Below are positions 16,622 to 20,778 of a DNA stretch of 20,778 bases, piece after piece. The position numbers and the translations under genes were made by a program. Source of the stretch: Microcystaceae cyanobacterium (GTDB lineage Bacteria > Cyanobacteriota > Cyanobacteriia > Cyanobacteriales > Microcystaceae); NCBI GenBank assembly GCA_041746575.1, contig JBGTGT010000015.1, forward strand, positions 1-20,778. Reading direction: 5' to 3'. Position 1 is the first letter of the stretch; every line of letters starts with the position of its first letter. Under the pieces are notes generated by a model, which saw nothing but the letters and a program-made list of their open reading frames with translations, searched no databases and was not told where the DNA came from.

Positions 16622-17656
16622 ATGACCTCTCCTGTTTTTAAGAATTTTTCTCTGTCTGATTTATTTTTTAGAAATGAAAATTTATTTTATGTAATCCAAC
16701 GTATATTACAGGGATTTTTCACTCTCTTTTTGGCCTCTATTTTGAGTTTTATTATTATTCAGCTTGCCCCAGGAGATTTTCTAGATACGTTACGACAAAA
16801 TCCCAATATTCCCCCAGAAACCTTAAATGACTATATTAGACTCTATGGACTTGATCAACCGTGGTATATTCAATATTGGCGATGGTTGATCGGTGTCATC
16901 ACTCGTTTTGATTTTGGCGTGAGTTTACTTTATACTAATCGTCCCGTCACAGGATTACTATTAGAACGCATTCCAGCCACTCTATTACTCGCCATTGCCT
17001 CCATTATTATTACTTGGTTAATGGCATTACCTTTAGGCATTATTAGTGCTGTAAAAAAAGAGAGCTTATTAGATAAAGTCTTAAGAGTGGTCAGTTATTT
17101 AGGGCAGGGTTTCCCAAGTTTTATTACTGCTTTGATATTGTTATTACTTGCCCAATATTTAACCCCTTTATTCCCTGTTGGTGATATGACCAGTTTGAAC
17201 TTTGCCGATTTTTCTTTACCTCATAAAATAGGCGATATTTTGTGGCACATGATTCTACCAACAATTGCCTTAAGTATTACCAGTTTTGCCGGATTACAAC
17301 GTTTAATGAGGGGACAAATGTTAGACGTAATGCGTCAAGATTATATTCAGACAGCGAGGGCAAAAGGACTACCTGAAAATCAGGTAATTATTGTTCATGC
17401 GTTACGCAATGCGATTAACCCTTTAATTACGATTTTAGGCTTTGAATTTGCGAGCTTATTGAGTGGTTCGTTTATCGCAGAATTTTTCTTTAATTGGCCG
17501 GGTTTAGGACGCTTAACATTACAGGCAGTTCAAGGACAGGATCTTTATCTCGTAATGGGAAGTTTAATCATGGGAGCAGCCCTCCTAATTCTAGGCAATT
17601 TATTGGCAGATTTACTTTTAAAATTGGTAGATCCTCGTATTACCTTAAATAATTAA
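16622..17656 (+). CDS. Peptide/nickel ABC transporter permease (OppB/DppB type)
   Basis: Motifs LAPGD, YGLDQP...QY..W, DFGVS, R.PATL.LA, DYI.TARAKGL, HALRNA, E.FF.WPGLG, DPRI. Confidence 0.92.
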   Translation: MTSPVFKNFSLSDLFFRNENLFYVIQRILQGFFTLFLASILSFIIIQLAPGDFLDTLRQNPNIPPETLNDYIRLYGLDQPWYIQYWRWLIGVITRFDFGVSLLYTNRPVTGLLLERIPATLLLAIASIIITWLMALPLGIISAVKKESLLDKVLRVVSYLGQGFPSFITALILLLLAQYLTPLFPVGDMTSLNFADFSLPHKIGDILWHMILPTIALSITSFAGLQRLMRGQMLDVMRQDYIQTARAKGLPENQVIIVHALRNAINPLITILGFEFASLLSGSFIAEFFFNWPGLGRLTLQAVQGQDLYLVMGSLIMGAALLILGNLLADLLLKLVDPRITLNN

Positions 17657-17672
17657 AAATCTCGTATAAAAT

Positions 17673-17969
17673 ATGTTTGCTCAAATTCATTATCTCATTC
17701 GTTCTAAAACTGATGGTCGTTACTTATTAGCTCGTCTTCGAGGAGAAGAAGGAGAAGAAATGAACTATATTTTAGTATTTAAAGAAGATTACGAAGCTCT
17801 CAGCTATTTAAATACCCATGCCCCCGATTTGGTTCGTCAATTTGGGGTAGAATCCATTACAGGAACACAATTAAGAGGAATCTTAAAAAGATGGGGTTAT
17901 CAAGGAATTGGCGTGGTTGATGAACCGATTGAACCCCGTATTCAGTTTTTACAACAGCAACAATTTTAA
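17673..17969 (+). CDS. Hypothetical protein (98 aa)
   Basis: Clean ATG ORF 16 bp after the permease, filling the gap to the convergent fabZ. Globular-looking sequence with no function recognised. Confidence 0.75.
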   Translation: MFAQIHYLIRSKTDGRYLLARLRGEEGEEMNYILVFKEDYEALSYLNTHAPDLVRQFGVESITGTQLRGILKRWGYQGIGVVDEPIEPRIQFLQQQQF

Positions 17970-18004
17970 CTTTTGAGCGATTTTGTTAGTTTAATAAGAA
18001 CCCC

Positions 18005-18499
18005 CTAATCTAATACAGAAAAGAGCATTTCTGCTTGAACTGTTAACTGTCCATCTACCTTTCCTTCTCCTTGCATTTTAGCAATTCGACCCATCTTAAA
18101 GGTCAATAATTCTACTGACATGATTAATTGATCCCCTGGTATAACTGGACGACGAAACCGGGCTTTATCAATCCCTGCAAAGGCAAAAAATTTCCCTTTC
18201 ATTCCCGGCATTTGTGTTAGAACAACCCCACCCACTTGTGCCATCGCTTCAACAATTAAAACCCCCGGCATTAATGGACGTTTGGGAATATGACCTTGGA
18301 AAAAAGGCTCATTAATAGTGACATTTTTTAAGCCAACTGCTTTTTGCCCCGGTACATAATCAATAATACGATCTACCAAAGCAAAAGGATAACGGTGGGG
18401 TAGAAATTCTCGAATTTCTTCGACGGTAAACGTCGTTTTAAGAGCGGTTTCTTCTTCTGTTGAATCAATAGTAATCGAGTGATTTCCAGCAGGGGTCAT
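18005..18499 (-). CDS. fabZ: 3-hydroxyacyl-ACP dehydratase FabZ
   Basis: Motifs [48 protein letters not shown]. Confidence 0.97.
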   Translation of the reverse strand: MTPAGNHSITIDSTEEETALKTTFTVEEIREFLPHRYPFALVDRIIDYVPGQKAVGLKNVTINEPFFQGHIPKRPLMPGVLIVEAMAQVGGVVLTQMPGMKGKFFAFAGIDKARFRRPVIPGDQLIMSVELLTFKMGRIAKMQGEGKVDGQLTVQAEMLFSVLD

Positions 18500-18586
18500 A
18501 ATAAAAATTATGAATAATAAATTATAAACGAGGATAATTATAGGATATAAGTCTTACGCCTAGCAAACCATCAATTTAGTTACTGG

Positions 18587-19384
18587 TTATCGACTGTAAA
18601 TCGCTTTTGCCAGTTGAACATGAAGTTTATGACTCGCTTTGTAGGCTAAATAATGGGCTTGTGGGATCGAACCCAAAAGACTTAAATCTCCTACTAAATC
18701 TAATAGTTTATGACGAACGGGTTCATTTGCAAAGCGAAGCGGTGGATTTAACCACTTTTCATGGTCACAAACGAGGGCATTTTCTAAGTTTCCCCCCTGA
18801 ATTAAGCCTGATTTTTGTAATTGTTCAATTTGATCGGCAAATCCAAACGTTCTGGCTGGGGCGATCGCTTCGACAAAGCTTTCTTGTTGGGGATTCCAGC
18901 TATACCATTGATTGCCAATGACAGGATAAGGAAAGTCAATGCCGTAGGTAAATCGTAACTCTGATGAAGGTAAGGCGGCCACAAAGGCATCGCCGTCACA
19001 ACACCAAATCGCTTCGGTGATCAAAGTATCGGTAGACAAAGAACGGTTTTGATTCATTCCTGCTTGAGCGATCGCTTCAACCCACCCCTTAGCAGAACCG
19101 TCTAAGAGGGGAATTTCTGGGCCATTTACTTCAATTTGAGCATCTTCAACCCCACACGCCACTAGAGAGGCTAAAAGATGTTCTACCGTGCGAATGTTTG
19201 CGTTATTGTGTTTTAATTCTGTAGAGAGGAGGGTTTGAGCCACTGAGGCTAAAGTCGCTGGAATGATGGGATTTTCGGGTAAGTCCGTGCGAACAAAATA
19301 ACGCCCTTTGCCTTTTTCAGCAGAAATTAAGCGAACTGTGGATAAGCGTCCCGAATGAAGGCCAATTCCCGATAATTCAATCAT
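18587..19384 (-). CDS. lpxC: UDP-3-O-acyl-N-acetylglucosamine deacetylase LpxC
   Basis: Motifs [52 protein letters not shown]. Confidence 0.97.
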   Translation of the reverse strand: MIELSGIGLHSGRLSTVRLISAEKGKGRYFVRTDLPENPIIPATLASVAQTLLSTELKHNNANIRTVEHLLASLVACGVEDAQIEVNGPEIPLLDGSAKGWVEAIAQAGMNQNRSLSTDTLITEAIWCCDGDAFVAALPSSELRFTYGIDFPYPVIGNQWYSWNPQQESFVEAIAPARTFGFADQIEQLQKSGLIQGGNLENALVCDHEKWLNPPLRFANEPVRHKLLDLVGDLSLLGSIPQAHYLAYKASHKLHVQLAKAIYSR

Positions 19385-19528
19385 TGTTTCTCAATAAAAC
19401 TAAATACACCTAGAATCAGCATAAGGTTTAAGTTAACCGATTTTAAACTGAATAACTGAATCCCCTAGTAGAATCTGACTTTTCTTGCCTAAGCTTCTTA
19501 ATAGATTATTTTAAATGAGAAACGCAAA

Positions 19529-20641
19529 ATGACGAAAATTGTGATTATCGGCGGAGGAATTATTGGAGCGGCGATCGCTTACGAGTTAAGTCAGGTGGCA
19601 GGATGGGATATTCATCTGATTGAACAACATACTCCCGCCTCGGGTGCTACAGGAGCCGCGTTAGGAGTATTAATGGGAATTATTAGCCTCAAAACCAAGG
19701 GGAGAAGCTGGAAATTAAGACAAAAAAGCATGGAACGCTTTGAAACGCTCATTCCTGAATTAGAAAAACGGACAGGTGACAAGATTCCTTATAACCGTCA
19801 AGGGATTTTAACGTTACAATTCGAGGGCGAAGACTTAGAGAAGTGGCGAAAGTTGGCTCAAATTAGAAATTCTCAAGGTTATACTCTAGAAATATGGGAT
19901 AGGTCTCAATTAAACGCCCGTTGTCCTCAAATTCAAAACGAAAGAGTGACGGGTGCGCTGTATTCTCCCAGCGATCGCCAAGTTGATCCGACAAAATTAA
20001 CCCATGCTCTTCTTAAAGGATCGTCTCAAAGCGGCGTTAATTGTCAATTTGACTTGAAAGTTCAAAATTTACTTTATGAAGTAGTCAATGAAAAAAATAA
20101 TCAGCAATGCACCGCTATTAAAACTGAAAATGGAATTTTCAACCTTGATTACCTCGTGATTGCCGCCGGGATAGGCTCATCTCTGTTGAGTGAACAATTG
20201 CATCACTCTATTCCGATTCGGGCGGTGTTGGGGCAAGCAATGCGCTTAAAATTGGAGCATTCTTTAGAAGATTCGGCTTTTCAGCCGGTGATTACGGGTA
20301 ATGATCTGCATATTGTTCCTTTAGGGCAGGGAGAATACTGGATAGGGGCAACCGTAGAATTTCCCAATGAACAAGGGGACGTTCAGCCTGAGCCAACATT
20401 GTTAGAAAAGATGAGAGAAGAAGCGATCGCTTTTTATCCTGATCTAGCCAAAGCAAAAATAATACAAACATGGCAAGGAAAACGACCTCGTCCTTTTGGA
20501 CAACCTGCCCCCGTTATCCAAGCTTTAGTGGGTTTTAATAATGTTTTACTAGCAACCGGACATTACCGTAATGGGGTACTGCTTGCTCCTGCTACTGCCC
20601 TAGAAATTCGAGAGATGATTCTTAGCAATATCAATCAATAA
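19529..20641 (+). CDS. FAD-dependent oxidoreductase, DAO / glycine oxidase ThiO-like family
   Basis: Rossmann GGGIIG, ATGAA.G, VIAAG, GAT.E, G.RP, GHYRNGVLLAP.TA. Confidence 0.88.
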   Translation: MTKIVIIGGGIIGAAIAYELSQVAGWDIHLIEQHTPASGATGAALGVLMGIISLKTKGRSWKLRQKSMERFETLIPELEKRTGDKIPYNRQGILTLQFEGEDLEKWRKLAQIRNSQGYTLEIWDRSQLNARCPQIQNERVTGALYSPSDRQVDPTKLTHALLKGSSQSGVNCQFDLKVQNLLYEVVNEKNNQQCTAIKTENGIFNLDYLVIAAGIGSSLLSEQLHHSIPIRAVLGQAMRLKLEHSLEDSAFQPVITGNDLHIVPLGQGEYWIGATVEFPNEQGDVQPEPTLLEKMREEAIAFYPDLAKAKIIQTWQGKRPRPFGQPAPVIQALVGFNNVLLATGHYRNGVLLAPATALEIREMILSNINQ

Positions 20642-20778
20642 GAAAAGCTGATGACAAGGATAAGTTAAGAAAAATGAAAAAGGTTTACAAAGCTTAAAGA
20701 AATAGGTAAGATAAGAGCAGTCAAACGACATCATCGTACCTTGACAAATACATAAAGGAATTATAAAACCATGACCAC

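Larger units (their letters stand above)
4601..20430. repeat. HIP1 octamers (GCGATCGC), 11 dispersed copies
   Basis: Found by eye at 4601, 10763, 12581, 12954, 13795, 15427, 18861, 19068, 19571, 19971 and 20423. Hallmark of many cyanobacteria. Confidence 0.9.

Noticed and set aside
4805..18999. Other short ORF-track entries nested in or overlapping larger genes (4805, 5044, 7273, 7623, 9962, 12800, 13665, 15085, 15203, 15754, 18607, 18802)
   Set aside because: Alternate-frame or antisense overlaps of confidently identified genes, with no independent support.
20741..20778. TTGACA, AAGGAA and an ATG at 20771 suggesting the start of the next gene
   Set aside because: Only 8 nt of possible CDS lie in the window and the promoter spacing is poor, so it cannot be supported.

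Overview
AT-rich cyanobacterial chromosomal window, with 11 HIP1 octamers (GCGATCGC) and a probable petJ2, mntCAB, ftsW and lpxC/fabZ. The left 7.4 kb is accessory. It begins with the 5' end of an IS701-family transposase, missed by the ORF track and inactivated by a 45-bp hairpin insert that resembles an IS200/IS605-derived element. Next comes a putative cell-surface signalling module: a filamentous-haemagglutinin (TpsA-like) protein, a small secreted 54-aa peptide ending in CRRGC with a strong RBS, a CHASE2-GGDEF-EAL receptor, and a divergent DUF928 protein with four tandem [S/T]P[S/L]RRKPG[A/S][S/T]R cassettes. The right 13 kb is mostly ordinary: WecB/TagA glycosyltransferase, RidA, YjbQ, YcjF-like GTPase, cytochrome c6C-like protein, MAPEG protein, a sulfotransferase-like protein, FtsW, a Mn ABC transporter with ManR-like operators, a peptide ABC permease, a small hypothetical protein, fabZ, lpxC and a DAO/ThiO-like oxidoreductase. 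All family calls are from motif recognition by eye; no database searches were run.
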